A stretch of 62,273 nucleotides of DNA, the filler included. It is 16 parts of 16 records of this genome, joined end to end, with 100 filler letters (N's around TTAATTAATTAA, not from the genome) between each part and the next. Parts side by side here need not be neighbours in the genome. Positions count along the whole stretch, not along the records: positions 25,565 to 29,074 come from SRR11831586_1986; positions 29,175 to 34,843 come from SRR11831586_1993; positions 34,944 to 37,007 come from SRR11831586_1995; positions 37,108 to 39,530 come from SRR11831586_2008; 12 more parts are not named here. One strand, 5' to 3'. Shown here one piece after another: positions 25,565 to 38,319 of this stretch. Position 1 is the stretch's first letter. Every line of letters begins with the position of its first letter. The notes under the pieces are model-generated. The model saw only the letters and a list, made by a program, of their open reading frames with translations, made no database searches and was not told the DNA's origin. The position numbers and the translations under genes are program-made.

Positions 25565-26454
25565 TCCGTTTTCTTTTTGCAGGCCTGCTGCTGGTGATCA
25601 GCCACGCCTTTGCCGCCACGGTTCAGGACGAACACGGCACGTTTACACTCGAAAAAACGCCACAACGGATTGTGGTGCTGGAACTCTCGTTCGCCGATGC
25701 GCTGGCCGCCGTGGACGTCATCCCGATCGGTATTGCCGACGATAACGATGCAAAACGCATCCTGCCCGAAGTGCGTGCGCACCTGAAACCGTGGCAGTCC
25801 GTCGGAACGCGCGCGCAGCCGAGCCTGGAAGCCATTGCCGCTCTGAAACCAGACCTGATCATTGCCGACAGCAGTCGCCATGCGGGGGTTTACATCGCCT
25901 TGCAGCAAATCGCGCCGGTACTGCTGCTTAAGTCCCGCAACGAAACCTACGCTGAAAATTTGCAATCTGCGGCTATCATCGGCGAAATGGTGGGTAAAAA
26001 GCGAGAGATGCAGGCACGTCTGGAACAACATAAAGAGAGGATGGCGCAGTGGGCCAGCCAGCTTCCCAAAGGGACACGCGTGGCCTTTGGCACATCACGC
26101 GAACAGCAATTCAACCTGCATACTCAGGAGACCTGGACCGGCAGCGTGCTGGCCTCTCTGGGGCTGAACGTTCCCGCTGCGATGGCGGGTGCGTCCATGC
26201 CGTCCATCGGCCTGGAGCAACTGCTGGCGGTCAATCCTGCCTGGCTGCTGGTTGCCCACTATCGCGAAGAGAGCATTGTTAAACGCTGGCAACAAGATCC
26301 GCTCTGGCAGATGTTAACCGCCGCGCAGAAGCAGCAGGTTGCTTCGGTCGACAGTAACACCTGGGCGCGGATGCGCGGTATTTTTGCTGCAGAGCGTATT
26401 GCCGCTGACACGGTAAAAATCTTCCACCATCAGCCGCTTACCGTTGTGAAATGA
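25565..26454 (+). CDS. fecB: Ferric citrate periplasmic binding protein, 5' partial
   Basis: Recognised sequence; fecBCDE order. Confidence 0.98.
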
Positions 26455-27449
26455 CCGCGATAAAACACCCGGTGCTGCTGTGGGGGCTTCCCGTTGCAGC
26501 ACTTATTATTATTTTCTGGCTGAGTCTGTTTTGCTACTCGGCCATTCCTGTTTCCGGAGCAGATGCAACCCGCGCCCTGCTGCCTGGACACACGCCAACG
26601 CTACCAGAAGCGCTGGTGCAAAACCTTCGTTTGCCACGAAGCCTGGTCGCCGTTCTGATCGGCGCAAGCCTGGCGCTCGCGGGCACGCTGCTGCAAACCC
26701 TGACCCACAACCCAATGGCCTCTCCTTCACTGCTCGGCATTAACAGCGGCGCGGCGCTGGCTATGGCGCTTACCAGCGCGCTGAGTCCGACGCCGATTGC
26801 AGGCTATTCTCTGTCATTCATCGCGGCATGCGGGGGCGGCGTGAGCTGGCTGCTGGTCATGACCGCAGGAGGCGGATTTCGTCATACCCATGACAGAAAC
26901 AAACTGATCCTCGCGGGTATCGCGCTGTCGGCCTTTTGTATGGGCCTTACCCGCATCACCCTGCTGCTGGCCGAAGATCATGCTTACGGCATCTTTTACT
27001 GGCTGGCAGGCGGAGTGTCCCACGCCCGCTGGCAGGATGTCTGGCAGCTCTTGCCGGTGGTGGTCACTGCAGTCCCTGTCGTGTTGCTGCTGGCGAATCA
27101 ACTGAACCTGCTCAACCTCAGCGACAGCACCGCCCATACGCTGGGAGTGAACCTGACGAGGCTACGTTTGGTCATCAATATGTTAGTGCTGCTTCTGGTT
27201 GGTGCGTGCGTCAGCGTAGCAGGTCCGGTGGCGTTTATCGGTCTGCTGGTGCCACATCTGGCGCGCTTCTGGGCAGGCTTCGATCAGCGCAACGTACTGC
27301 CAGTGAGCATGCTGCTGGGGGCCACGCTGATGCTGCTGGCAGATGTACTCGCACGCGCGCTGGCCTTCCCCGGAGATCTGCCCGCAGGCGCAGTGCTGGC
27401 GCTGATTGGCAGCCCTTGCTTTGTCTGGCTTGTGAGGAGGCGAGGATGA
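26451..27449 (+). CDS. fecC: Ferric citrate ABC permease
   Basis: RLPR and NPMASPSLLG motifs. Confidence 0.98.
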   Translation: MTAIKHPVLLWGLPVAALIIIFWLSLFCYSAIPVSGADATRALLPGHTPTLPEALVQNLRLPRSLVAVLIGASLALAGTLLQTLTHNPMASPSLLGINSGAALAMALTSALSPTPIAGYSLSFIAACGGGVSWLLVMTAGGGFRHTHDRNKLILAGIALSAFCMGLTRITLLLAEDHAYGIFYWLAGGVSHARWQDVWQLLPVVVTAVPVVLLLANQLNLLNLSDSTAHTLGVNLTRLRLVINMLVLLLVGACVSVAGPVAFIGLLVPHLARFWAGFDQRNVLPVSMLLGATLMLLADVLARALAFPGDLPAGAVLALIGSPCFVWLVRRRG

Positions 27450-28402
27450 AAATTGCGCTGGTTATTTTCATCACCCTTGCCCTGGCGGGCTGTGCGCTGT
27501 TATCACTCCATATGGGAGTGATCCCCGTGCCGTGGCGCGCGCTGCTGACCGACTGGCAGGCCGGACACGAGCATTATTATGTATTGATGGAGTACCGACT
27601 GCCGCGCTTGCTGCTGGCACTGTTTGTCGGTGCAGCCCTCGCCGTGGCGGGCGTGCTGATACAGGGGATTGTGCGCAACCCTCTGGCATCACCGGATATT
27701 CTCGGTGTTAACCATGCCGCCAGCCTGGCCTCTGTGGGGGCTCTACTTCTTATGCCGTCACTGCCCGTGATGGTGCTGCCGCTGCTGGCCTTTGCGGGCG
27801 GCATGGCGGGGTTGATATTGCTGAAGATGCTGGCAAAGACCCACCAGCCGATGAAGCTGGCGCTCACCGGCGTGGCGCTTTCTGCATGCTGGGCCAGCCT
27901 GACGGATTATCTGATGCTCTCGCGCCCGCAGGATGTGAACAACGCCCTGCTGTGGCTGACCGGCAGCTTATGGGGCCGTGACTGGAGCTTTGTGAAGATT
28001 GCCATCCCGCTGATGATTTTATTTCTGCCGCTGAGCCTGAGTTTTTGCCGCGATCTCGACCTCCTTGCACTCGGCGATGCGCGCGCCACCACGCTCGGTG
28101 TGTCGGTGCCCCATACCCGATTCTGGGCTTTGTTACTAGCTGTCGCCATGACATCTACCGGCGTGGCCGCCTGCGGCCCGATTAGCTTTATTGGTCTCGT
28201 GGTGCCGCATATGATGCGTAGCATCACCGGTGGACGTCACCGCAGACTGCTGCCTGTTTCGGCCCTGACAGGTGCGTTGCTGTTGGTGGTTGCCGATCTG
28301 CTGGCGAGAATTATTCATCCCCCACTGGAGCTCCCGGTTGGCGTGCTGACCGCCATTATCGGTGCGCCGTGGTTTGTCTGGTTGCTTGTGAGAATGCGAT
28401 AA
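27446..28402 (+). CDS. fecD: Ferric citrate ABC permease
   Basis: True start MKIALVIF at 27446, inside a longer ORF. Confidence 0.97.
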   Translation: MKIALVIFITLALAGCALLSLHMGVIPVPWRALLTDWQAGHEHYYVLMEYRLPRLLLALFVGAALAVAGVLIQGIVRNPLASPDILGVNHAASLASVGALLLMPSLPVMVLPLLAFAGGMAGLILLKMLAKTHQPMKLALTGVALSACWASLTDYLMLSRPQDVNNALLWLTGSLWGRDWSFVKIAIPLMILFLPLSLSFCRDLDLLALGDARATTLGVSVPHTRFWALLLAVAMTSTGVAACGPISFIGLVVPHMMRSITGGRHRRLLPVSALTGALLLVVADLLARIIHPPLELPVGVLTAIIGAPWFVWLLVRMR

Positions 28403-29066
28403 ATGACTTTACGAACTGAAAATCTGACGGTCAGTTACGGGACAGACAAGGTACTTAACGACGTTTCACTCTCACTGCCAACGGGGAAGATCACCGCCCT
28501 GATCGGTCCTAACGGTTGCGGGAAATCGACGCTGTTAAACTGTTTTTCGCGGCTTTTAATGCCGCAGTCTGGCACCGTATTTCTCGGCGATAATCCCATA
28601 AATATGCTCTCATCGCGCCAGTTGGCCCGCAGGCTTTCGCTGCTGCCTCAGCACCATTTAACGCCAGAGGGGATCACAGTCCAGGAGCTGGTTTCGTATG
28701 GTCGTAATCCCTGGCTGTCACTCTGGGGGCGTCTCTCCGCTGAAGACAATGCACGAGTTAATGTCGCCATGAACCAGACCCGGATCAATCATCTTGCCGT
28801 TCGTCGGTTAACCGAGCTTTCCGGCGGTCAGCGCCAGCGCGCATTTCTGGCAATGGTCCTGGCCCAGAATACGCCCGTTGTATTACTTGATGAGCCAACC
28901 ACCTATCTTGATATCAATCACCAGGTGGACCTGATGCGGTTGATGGGCGAACTCCGGACTCAGGGGAAAACGGTGGTCGCTGTGCTGCACGACCTTAATC
29001 AGGCTAGCCGGTACTGCGATCAACTGGTGGTAATGGCAAACGGACATGTTATGGCGCAAGGCACAC
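28403..29066 (+). CDS. fecE: Ferric citrate ABC ATPase, 3' partial
   Basis: GPNGCGKST Walker A, LSGGQ signature and LLDEP. Confidence 0.98.
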
Positions 29067-29074
29067 AGGGGATA
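29057..29074 (+). other. 454 primer/adaptor B remnant
   Basis: CAAGGCACACAGGGGATA is the reverse complement of part of 454 primer B (CCTATCCCCTGTGTGCCTTG). Confidence 0.85.
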
Positions 29075-29174
29075 NNNNNNNNNNNNNNNNNNNNNNNNNN
29101 NNNNNNNNNNNNNNNNNNTTAATTAATTAANNNNNNNNNNNNNNNNNNNNNNNNNNNNNNNNNNNNNNNNNNNN

Positions 29175-32100
29175 GACGCTGGTGTCGTCAGAATCGTCGT
29201 GGGACCGACCGATCAACGCAGCGACCTTGGTGTACTCTTGCAGTAGCGGTCGGAGCGAAGGGAATATGCCGACATGCAATAAATGGCCGGATCCGTTATC
29301 TTTGGATGAACAGACTCATATTCTTTTCTTTTCCTGCGCGCCGCTCAACTCACTGCGCGATATAATGACCGACCGCCCTCCGTCTATGGTGGGTGGTCTG
29401 ATGTCTGGAAACCGTGAGAAATGGCAGCAACTTGCCGAAAGCCATCCCACGTTCGTAGACGTGGACAGTATACAGCACCGCATACGTGAATCGATCGCGA
29501 TTGTTTCCCGTGATCAGGCGGCGTTCCATTTATCACCGGTAGGTAGAGAGTGACAATTGCGTATTTACCCTCGATCCCTGTCTGATTTTGACACATGCAT
29601 GCAGGTGATAATATATAAGTATGGTGGATTACCAGCACTTACAGCAATTATTGACAGTGGCATCATACCATTTGATGCAATAACCGTCGCGCTCGTATTT
29701 CTGCGGCAGTCGAACGTTTCGGTAGAGTTCTCCGCTCTACCAGAGGTGTATCAGCCGCTGCTCAACAGACTCCGCTACTATCCTGGGGCAGTGGTCCACC
29801 TAGTGAAGGATCCTTCTATGGGCGATCCCATACTACTGGTACCTTGCTCCTTCGGCTGCGTGTGTGTCTGTCTGGTACACTTGTGTTCTTCATGCTTGTC
29901 CGGTTGTATGATCAGTGGTCTTCATCACGTTTGCACTTGCGTGCCCCCATGCATGCAGGACTGATGCGTATATAATTGTTTTTGCGTGGTCATTCATGCA
30001 TGCGTGCAGGATCCGCAATTGTTCTTTTGGATGGATGCCAGCTACGAGGACAACTTGCGGGATTGGCGAGGTCACGAACAGCTATCATCAACGACCCAAG
30101 CCGAGTCAGTCAATTTGCAAATAATGTCCTTCATACCCATGTCCACATCGGACGCAGAACAGGAATCGCCGTTGGCCTTCGATGGTGGCTTCACACGCGT
30201 TTTGGGTGAAACAGATATGGAACTAGAGGACGGTACGTTAACGATCACTGCGTGTACCGCTACCGATCTAGTGACAACATACAAGACAGTGCATCTACAT
30301 TGCATGACGACAGCCGCGCGTTGAGATGCGTGTGTGCGCGCTTTGAGCTTTTGATATGTGTTCTGGATTCAGGTTGTCGTCACTATGCTTATATGTGCTT
30401 TCGAATGCATGTGCATGCAGGCTCGGACGACGATGACATGGCAGACGATGGCGATGATAGCGCCAGTGACTTCGACCAAAGCCAGGTTAATGAAGGCAGC
30501 CCTGTCGGTACTGAGACGACCTGGCGAGAGTTCGTAGACAATGTTGAAAGTATCCTTGAACAAGTACGTTCGCGTGCATTTGTGTCGTGTGGGGTTCTGC
30601 ATGCTTGCTTACTTGTTTGTTACTTCCTGCGTTGTAAATATGAGACAAATGCATTTTTGTACTTGCATATAATATCGTTGTTCATCCTCTTCACGATACT
30701 CGAATGAATGTTGACAGTGCCTACTTCCCTACAGCGCGCGGGAAAAAGCAGGACATATCATGCTCCCCGCGTCTCACTTCCGCCGGACCGCGTCACCGTG
30801 GACGATCTGACATCCGAGGCCGTGTCACTGGTTGCGGATGTTGATGCAATCCGTTTTATGCTGTGCAGCAGCGACGCTCTGAGTCAATTTACGCGCACAG
30901 CAAAATTACGCAAAGAAGTATACAACGGAGGCCAACGAATTCGAGGAAAACAGTCTACCAGCGGATGGATGTATCACACCCATAGCGACAGCTACAAGGA
31001 GCTAAGATGGGACCGCGTCCCGCACATTGGTTTGGGTGATATCGAGCAATGCGGGCTCGGTACTCTCAACATCGAGTACTACTTTCCGCGTCTCGAGCGC
31101 TCTACACCCAAGACTGCATTGTCACGTTCGGAGAAGGGGGTCCTTCACACCGCGTTAACCAACGCTACGCGGTCCCTGTCCGAGAGCCGCGCCCGAGACT
31201 CGATCAACACCTCGCTGGCCATGCCCCGTGAACACACCCACAGTGTTTGCAGTGCGACAACGCTGGCAGAGCTACACAAGGGCATTTTCGAGCGCTGTCG
31301 TGCTACAGTGCTCGGTCCGCCTGTGGTTCGTGTGCAGTCCGTGGGAGAAAAACGGATTTGCTCGGCGCGCGTTCAACTGGCGCAGTGCTTAGCGGAAGTC
31401 CGTCAGACATGTCTGGATGAAACGCTTGTTGAGGTACGTGTGCGTGAGTTGCAGTGCATGACTCTGCTTCAGCGGTATAATCAAGTTTCATATTCGCGTG
31501 CTTACGCGCGTGTATGCACGCAGAACTCAACTTTGGACTATGCTATCGAAGTGGTGGCGCCAGAAGGTCGTGTCTTGCTGTTTGACGCATCTCGAGTGAA
31601 AGATTGCATCAAGATGTATCGAGCAAATGCCCACGAGGTTCCTGTGGAGACCTACAACGCGTTGCTTATGGGAAATCTCCTAAGTGGGTTCGCGGTTGAT
31701 TTACAGGAGACACCAGTGACTCGAACCGATGAATTCCGCCTCGGTATATCTCAGGTGCGCATGCATTGTGAAGTTATCGGGGTTAATCCAAGTAAGGTGC
31801 ACCATGTGTTGTATATTGGATGGCTGCACATGCATATATTTGGACTTCTGCATGAATTACATGTTCACTGATAATGCATGATTGGTAATTTATGTACGCG
31901 CGTGTTGGGGACATGCTTATATACAGGGGATGATGCGTCGAATCGTTGGCTATAACCCAGGGGTGAAACTCGGGACCGCCAAACGTAACCATCCATTTCG
32001 GTACACGGACCTTGCGGCACCGTTTGTGAATTTCGCGTCGAATGAGCTGTTCCTCAAATGGTGTGAGGGCATTCACCTATGGACGGTATGAATATCGTTG

Positions 32101-34603
32101 ACATGTGCGCTTAGTGACTAACGCGCGTTTATGTCATCATGTTTAGAAAGGTTCTAGTTTGCACGACGCTCTCCAGAACTACACGGATCGAGTTCGTGAC
32201 GCTCGAGAATGCCTGCTGCGTGGGGTGTCAGGGATGGGCAACCATTTGCGCATCGAGGCAGAAGTTCGTACCGCGCAGCTCATGGAAGCGCCCGAGTGTG
32301 TGCTTGGATTTGTGGTCAACCTAGCGAAAAACGGTATGCATACATATATAGCAAGTATACATGTACATAGCCATCGTGTATATGTACATGCGTGCATACA
32401 AGCACGTGCATGTGTATTGTGCCTGCTGTAAACTGCAAGTTGTGTACACCCTATATTGTCGCTTCATACGTACTCGCGCGCGTATACCCATGTGTATTGT
32501 TCATGTGTATGATATAGGCTGCATTATATCAATACCTGTGGAGGAGGTAGACGCGGTGATCACGAAGGAAATTAAGTGGTCGGTGGGCATGATCGTGGCC
32601 GCACTGACTAGCTACGTCCGAGACCGAGAGCTCGCATGTCTCACGATTCAGCAACGGCTGTACTGTCAGCTCCGGGAGTCGTTCATTATGATGCTGTTCG
32701 ACGGTACGCAGACGTTACATACATGCATGGGCACGCTTTCCCACATGTCGCATGCATGGAAGCGTGCCCATATGATTGCGTGTCAGTCACATGATTTTCT
32801 ATATTCACATAGCCGTAACTCGACTGCAGGAACTATGCGCTACATGTTCAACGCTGGGCCAGGGATGGTCTCCGGAATCCGTAAGGAGATGAAAAAGCGG
32901 AATCTCGTAGCAATCCCGGAGGAGCTGTTCATGTGTCACGGAGATGAGGTTCCGTATGTGAGTCAGACGGAGACAGAGAGTGAGGATGCTATGGAGCGCT
33001 GGAGCAAGTCGCGTATCCGTTCTACGACGCCGAAAAATGACGTGGAGTTTGCGAAGGACGTGTTCCAGTTGGGAAAGAAGATCGATGCATGGGGCAGCCG
33101 TTCCGATACGATCTCGCTGTCTGAAGTTGGGGAGGTGCTGACCCAGGTACATCCATGCATGCACGTTCTTGCACGCCTGCTCGTGACCTCGTACATGTTT
33201 TTTGTGTGCATGCGTTTTGAGCTTGGGCACAGAAATTATGTTCGACAAGTATTCATGCATCTGATGTGCATCGATTACTAGGCCGTGTCGCTCGAGATAT
33301 GGCGGTCCCTCCAATTTCCCGGCAAGGTTCTCAAGCCCTCTGCACAGTGTCCTTCCTATTTCCCTAGGGAGGAGAGCTTAAACAAGCTTCTGGTGAGAAA
33401 CGTTGACAGACTACAGACCCGTAATCTGATAGAATACTTTCGTGTCATCTTCAAAGGCATGTGCACGCGTTCGTTCTTATGTATCATTGATTCAAGTAAC
33501 ATGTTGCGGCTGTATAGGGGAATTGCGTATTGTGGGCAATCGCCAGCCACTGGCGAACATCCTGGTAGATTTGATATCTCGACGAGCAAAGGCAAACGTT
33601 GCGCTGAGTGCTTTTGTGCGCGAGCACAACGTCGACGTGTTTGTGAAAGCCGCTTTGTTGTGTGTAAGGCTGCGCGGAATATTTGACTGCGTTCCAGCGT
33701 TCCAAGGCAGCAGTCATTGGGGCCGTGGCGGTGTTGGCAGCTTTGTGCGCGCCGTCATCCCCCATGTCTATATGGAGAGCCCGCAAGTGCTCCAAAAAAT
33801 GCGCCTAGCGGAATCAGTGGACGAGTTTATTCTGCCTGCCGTCAAGGTAGGTAGGTTCGACACCCCTGCGTCAGAGCTCCTACGCGTGACCGAAGCTGAA
33901 CAACAAGACACTATCAGCAAACTGGAGCTGGCGCTTCAAGGCACCAGTACAGTGGGTACGCGGAAGTACATGCGCAGATGCATGCATGCCCTGGACTAAA
34001 GAGCCGTGTACATGCAGTGAGCGAGTCGGTGGCAAAGAAACTGGAGCTGGTGGCACCCATCGTCAAAGAGTGTTTCTTCCATGATTACAGCAACGTCAAA
34101 CATCGGGAACTGGTGATGGATGCTGACAAAGTGGGACGTAAGAGGGCGCAGCCGGCTCCAGCGGGCACGGGCACACGTACAGGACGTGGGAACTCGTCCC
34201 GTGGGAATCGAGTCATACCTGAGCGTGTGCAAGCCGCGATGATGCTGGCGGAAACGCAGGGGCCTCAGTCACCTTGGTATCCATTCGCCAACGGTCGTCC
34301 TGCCAACAACTTGCGTCTACTCTGCCAAAGTTCTGTTGCGTACGTGAGTGCATGAGACAAATGTCGTGTGCAGTCAATGCTGACATGCTGTTATATAGGA
34401 TATACGACCCGTTCAGCAACGAGCTTATCATTGACAAACAACAACTGGCTGACTCGCGCGGTTTCCTGAAGACTTCTACGGTGAAGCAACAGGAAATTCG
34501 TGAGCGTTGGCGCATTGACGAACCGGACGCGGCTGCTGCATTAATCCATTTGGAAGCACTTGAGGAACTGTCCAGGTGGCATCGTCAGTCAATGCATACC
34601 TAA
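29175..34603 (+). CDS. Large multi-exon protein of unknown family (possibly mobile-element-encoded), 5' partial
   Basis: More than ten exons bounded by GT donors (mostly GTACG/GTGCG/GTATG) and CAG/TAG acceptors; the upstream exons I checked join in frame (the 3' junctions less rigorously). Acidic tract GSDDDDMADDGDD; stop at 34601-34603. Confidence 0.7.
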
Positions 34604-34817
34604 GTGTGCCTTCGCATGTCCGACTGCGACATCTCAGACGCGCGACCTGCCATAAATGATGGTCACAACGATATCAGCATTTGTGCGTTTGAGGATGGGA
34701 GCATGGGCTTGGAAGAATGCCTGGTAAGGGTTGGGGTGTGGTCCATAAGAAGCAGGTGGATGGATATTATACACATGCAGGAACATGCAGTCCCCGATAA
34801 AATTTATTAGCTTGTCC

Positions 34818-34843
34818 CACACACACACACACACACACACACA
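34818..34843. repeat. (CA)n microsatellite at contig end
   Basis: Pure CA run running into the gap. Confidence 0.95.
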
Positions 34844-35120
34844 NNNNNNNNNNNNNNNNNNNNNNNNNNNNNNNNNNNNNNNNNNNNTTAATTAATTAAN
34901 NNNNNNNNNNNNNNNNNNNNNNNNNNNNNNNNNNNNNNNNNNNGGGGTAGAGTGCAAGATGGGGTTGTTCAGGTGGAGCATATAGGGATATACGAGAAGA
35001 CACAGCGGAAGCACGCACTTACATCACTCAGGAGATGAATTGACACGCAACAAGGTGCATGTTCCCAGTATGCTGACTCACAGGGGACACAGAATCAAAC
35101 AATCGGTCACACAAACGTAC

Positions 35121-36661
35121 CCACAGGCGCTTTCTCTGCCCGCGTCTGCACCGCGGCCGTTGTCTTACTCCCCGCAGGAGCAGACGAGTACCCGCCGCCA
35201 TTCATCTCATTGAGTTTCCGCGACGATGGGGTGGGCAAGGGCTCCCCGACAGAAACAGCGTGTTTGGGGGATTCTGGAGGAGTTGGGGGCAGCTGGGAGT
35301 ATCGGGCGATGAGGGCCGATTCGTTAGCCAGTCCACGGGTGCTGAGGGTTGCCAGCAGTTTGGCTTGTTCACGCACGGTCACCCGCAAGTCCTCGATGAT
35401 GTCCGCTTGCTGTTTGGCGACGGTCTTCTGTGAGAGAACGTCATTGCGCGCTGACTGCAGCTGGCCCTCGAACAACTGCGCCTGCACTTTGGCGTGTGTG
35501 AGTTCGTTCAACAGCGTCTCGATGCGTGCTTGTGCCGTCTGCAGCTGCTTGCTGCTCTCCGCAAGTTTCGCACTCGCGTCCTCGCTCTGTGCCTGATAGT
35601 TCGCCGCCCGCGCCTCCACCGTCTTCCAGTGCAGCACCGCTTGGTCCAATGTTGCCGATCGCTCACTCAGAACCGCTTTCGTCTCCGCGAGCTCCTTTGC
35701 GGCCGCGTCGCACCGCTTGCAGGGTTCCGGGAGGGGAAACGGTGGGGGTACCCGTGTCGATGACGCGGAACGAGGAAGCGCCGTGGAGGGGGTAACGGGG
35801 GCCGCATCGCTGGAATTGATGGTTGAAGATGAGGGGAATGTGTGTTCTTTCGCTGTGGTGTTTCCGGAAACGCCCGGGGCAGAGGAGTACGCGGTCCCGG
35901 CAGGCTGGGAGCTGGTCTGTGTGGGGATCCCCTCAAACGGCTCAAAATGTGCGCTGATGTAGCGGTAAAGATGGTTGGGGACGAACCCTGTGGATGGCGG
36001 TTCAATCACCGCGTGCACGGACGGAGTGCTCAGGGGCATGGACACGAGGGGCGCAGTGGAGGGAGGGGTGGAGGGGAAGGACGATGCTCGTTCTGTGACT
36101 GGAAGAGCGGATTTTTGTGTGAGATGAGTGAAGAAACGCAGTGCACGGAAAGACAGAGAGAGCGAAACGCAGTGCACGGCAAGACAGAGAGAGAAAGAGA
36201 TAGGAGGGAACATACCTTGCTGCGTGGAGCGTGGAGAGATGATGCTGGAATGACGTGCATCGGGACCGGAGGGTGAGCGAGGAGAGGAAGAGGATGAGTC
36301 GCTGCGTGAATGATTCAATGAATCCTGCTGTGACATGATGCTCGATGAAGGTGCAAAACTAGTGCCAGGTGGTTCTGATGTGGACTGTTCCGAGACGAAG
36401 CTGAGTTCTGAGTGAGTCTCCGAACCTACCGTAGATAGTGCTTCGAGCTTCTGGTCGTACAAAGATGGCCGTAGCGGAACACCGTGAAGTCGCCCTACTC
36501 GCACATCTCGATGGGCGTCGCGTACGCAACCTCGACGGAGACATACCTAGTGTTCGTGATGGAGAGCCGTGTCTCCGCTGTTCACGATTCTTCTCCTTAC
36601 TCTTTCCAGTAGTGTGCGGGATTTGTTCGACAATGGACAATGTGATGGGCTGGTTCATCAT
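35121..36661 (-). CDS. Ser/Pro/Thr-rich protein with a coiled-coil segment, unknown function; 3' partial
   Basis: Long ORF with in-frame intron(s) (GTATGT donors); C..C followed by heptads AAAKELAETKAVL...LLATL; GTACGT donor at 35120. Confidence 0.6.
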
Positions 36662-37226
36662 TGTGAGACGAGCCTCATCGCAGCAGTTGTGCGTCGAGTC
36701 CTGATGGTATGTACTGAAACTGCGTTGTATCTTTCTGCATGCAGCTCGTATACGCGTGCGCGATCTCTGGATTTTGGGAGAAGACCGCTATAGACCGCAG
36801 TCTGAAAGGAATACCAGTTTGCAAGTGTCATCGAAATACCTTTCGCATTTTCATCTATTTGAAGTTCTGCGCCGCACAGCTGTTGTTGATCTCCACTCTC
36901 TTTGGTCTGATACATTCGTGGTTGCTTTGTTCCCCCAGCCACCAAAATGTCTGGCGTGAGGGAGCGTTATGGTCTTCATCGGGTCATTTCCCCTCCTGGC
37001 GTTATTCNNNNNNNNNNNNNNNNNNNNNNNNNNNNNNNNNNNNNNNNNNNNTTAATTAATTAANNNNNNNNNNNNNNNNNNNNNNNNNNNNNNNNNNNNN
37101 NNNNNNNACACAATCACAAACCCACCCATCCACGGTGGTGATGGCGATGGCGACATGCACACACAGGTACAAGTTTAGTGGTAAGGCACAGACACAACAC
37201 AGACACAGAACATCAATCCTACGTAC

Positions 37227-38319
37227 CTCCATATGAATGCCCTTATCGGTGTGCAACTTGATACGATCGTCCACGCTGCCCATGAACGGAATGCACACAC
37301 CGCTTTCAAGCACTATTCTCTGATACAGACCCGCGCTACTCGCAAACAAAAGAATGGGCCACCACGCACACGAACAAGGAAACAACCGACAATATGGGTT
37401 TCGAACACCTGAAAACTACTCTGAGAAAAAAGTTTCAGTGGCAAACAGAGAGACACCGTGGTCAAGATAGGACTCCAAAACAGTGCACACGTTGACAAGC
37501 AACAAAACGTACCTTTGAGGGCTCACCAGGTGATAACACATGCTTGTAGCCCCAGCACTCTCGCCTGCGATGGTCACTTGACTCGGATCTCCACCAAAAT
37601 GCGATATGTACAGCTGTACCCAAAGCAGCGCTGCTTGCTGATCTTGAAATCCATAGTTGCCTGTGGTGTTCATGCTGCTTTCCCGACGCAGATTATCCGA
37701 AGCATAGAAACCGAATACTCCCACCCTAATTTGCTGTTAACGACGGGCGATTCCAAAACTAGATCAGAACACACCTGTAATTAAATGTTATTACAGTGGC
37801 GTTGATCTTCTTAGACAGACGAGATCCATCCAGCAGTTCGCTTTCTAGGCGAGGAATGGCGGAATAAAACCCTCCACCGGGGATCCACACAAACACGGGA
37901 TGGACAGCGCTACAAAGAAATCAGGTCAGAAACATGATAAACTACGTGGGTACGTACTCATCGTCGGGAGTCCAGATATTGAGGTACAAGCAATCTTCAT
38001 CAGTTATAATTTTGGTTGTCGATTCAGCCTGCTGGGGACAAAACGGCCGCACATAGTGCGCAGCAAATGGGGACTCTGGAAGCGAGTGCAGAGACTACAT
38101 ACAGAATTAGAACCAGCCCATAGTGCACATTTCTAAGAATACCTTTGGAGGGGCCCACCGAAGGGAATCAACAGGGGGCTGAGCAAAAGGCACCCCAAGA
38201 TAGCGGCGCACACCATCCCCTACAATACCTGAGACAATTCCCAAAGGAAAATTCACCGAAATGGACCAAGCACATTGGACCAAGAAGAACGCCACAAACG
38301 CAACGACTAGCGTCTTCAT
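37227..38319 (-). CDS. Type-B carboxylesterase (secreted), multi-exon, 3' partial
   Basis: Signal peptide; YLGVPFAQPP..LRW.PP, EDCLYLNIWTP, WIPGGGF, NYR.G.FGF, GNYG..DQ, FGGDP..VTIAGESAG (nucleophile elbow at 37551-37565). Confidence 0.95.

Noticed and set aside
26936-27445. N-terminal extension of fecD (488-aa ORF)
   Set aside because: It is an alternative-frame overlap of fecC; the real start is at 27446.
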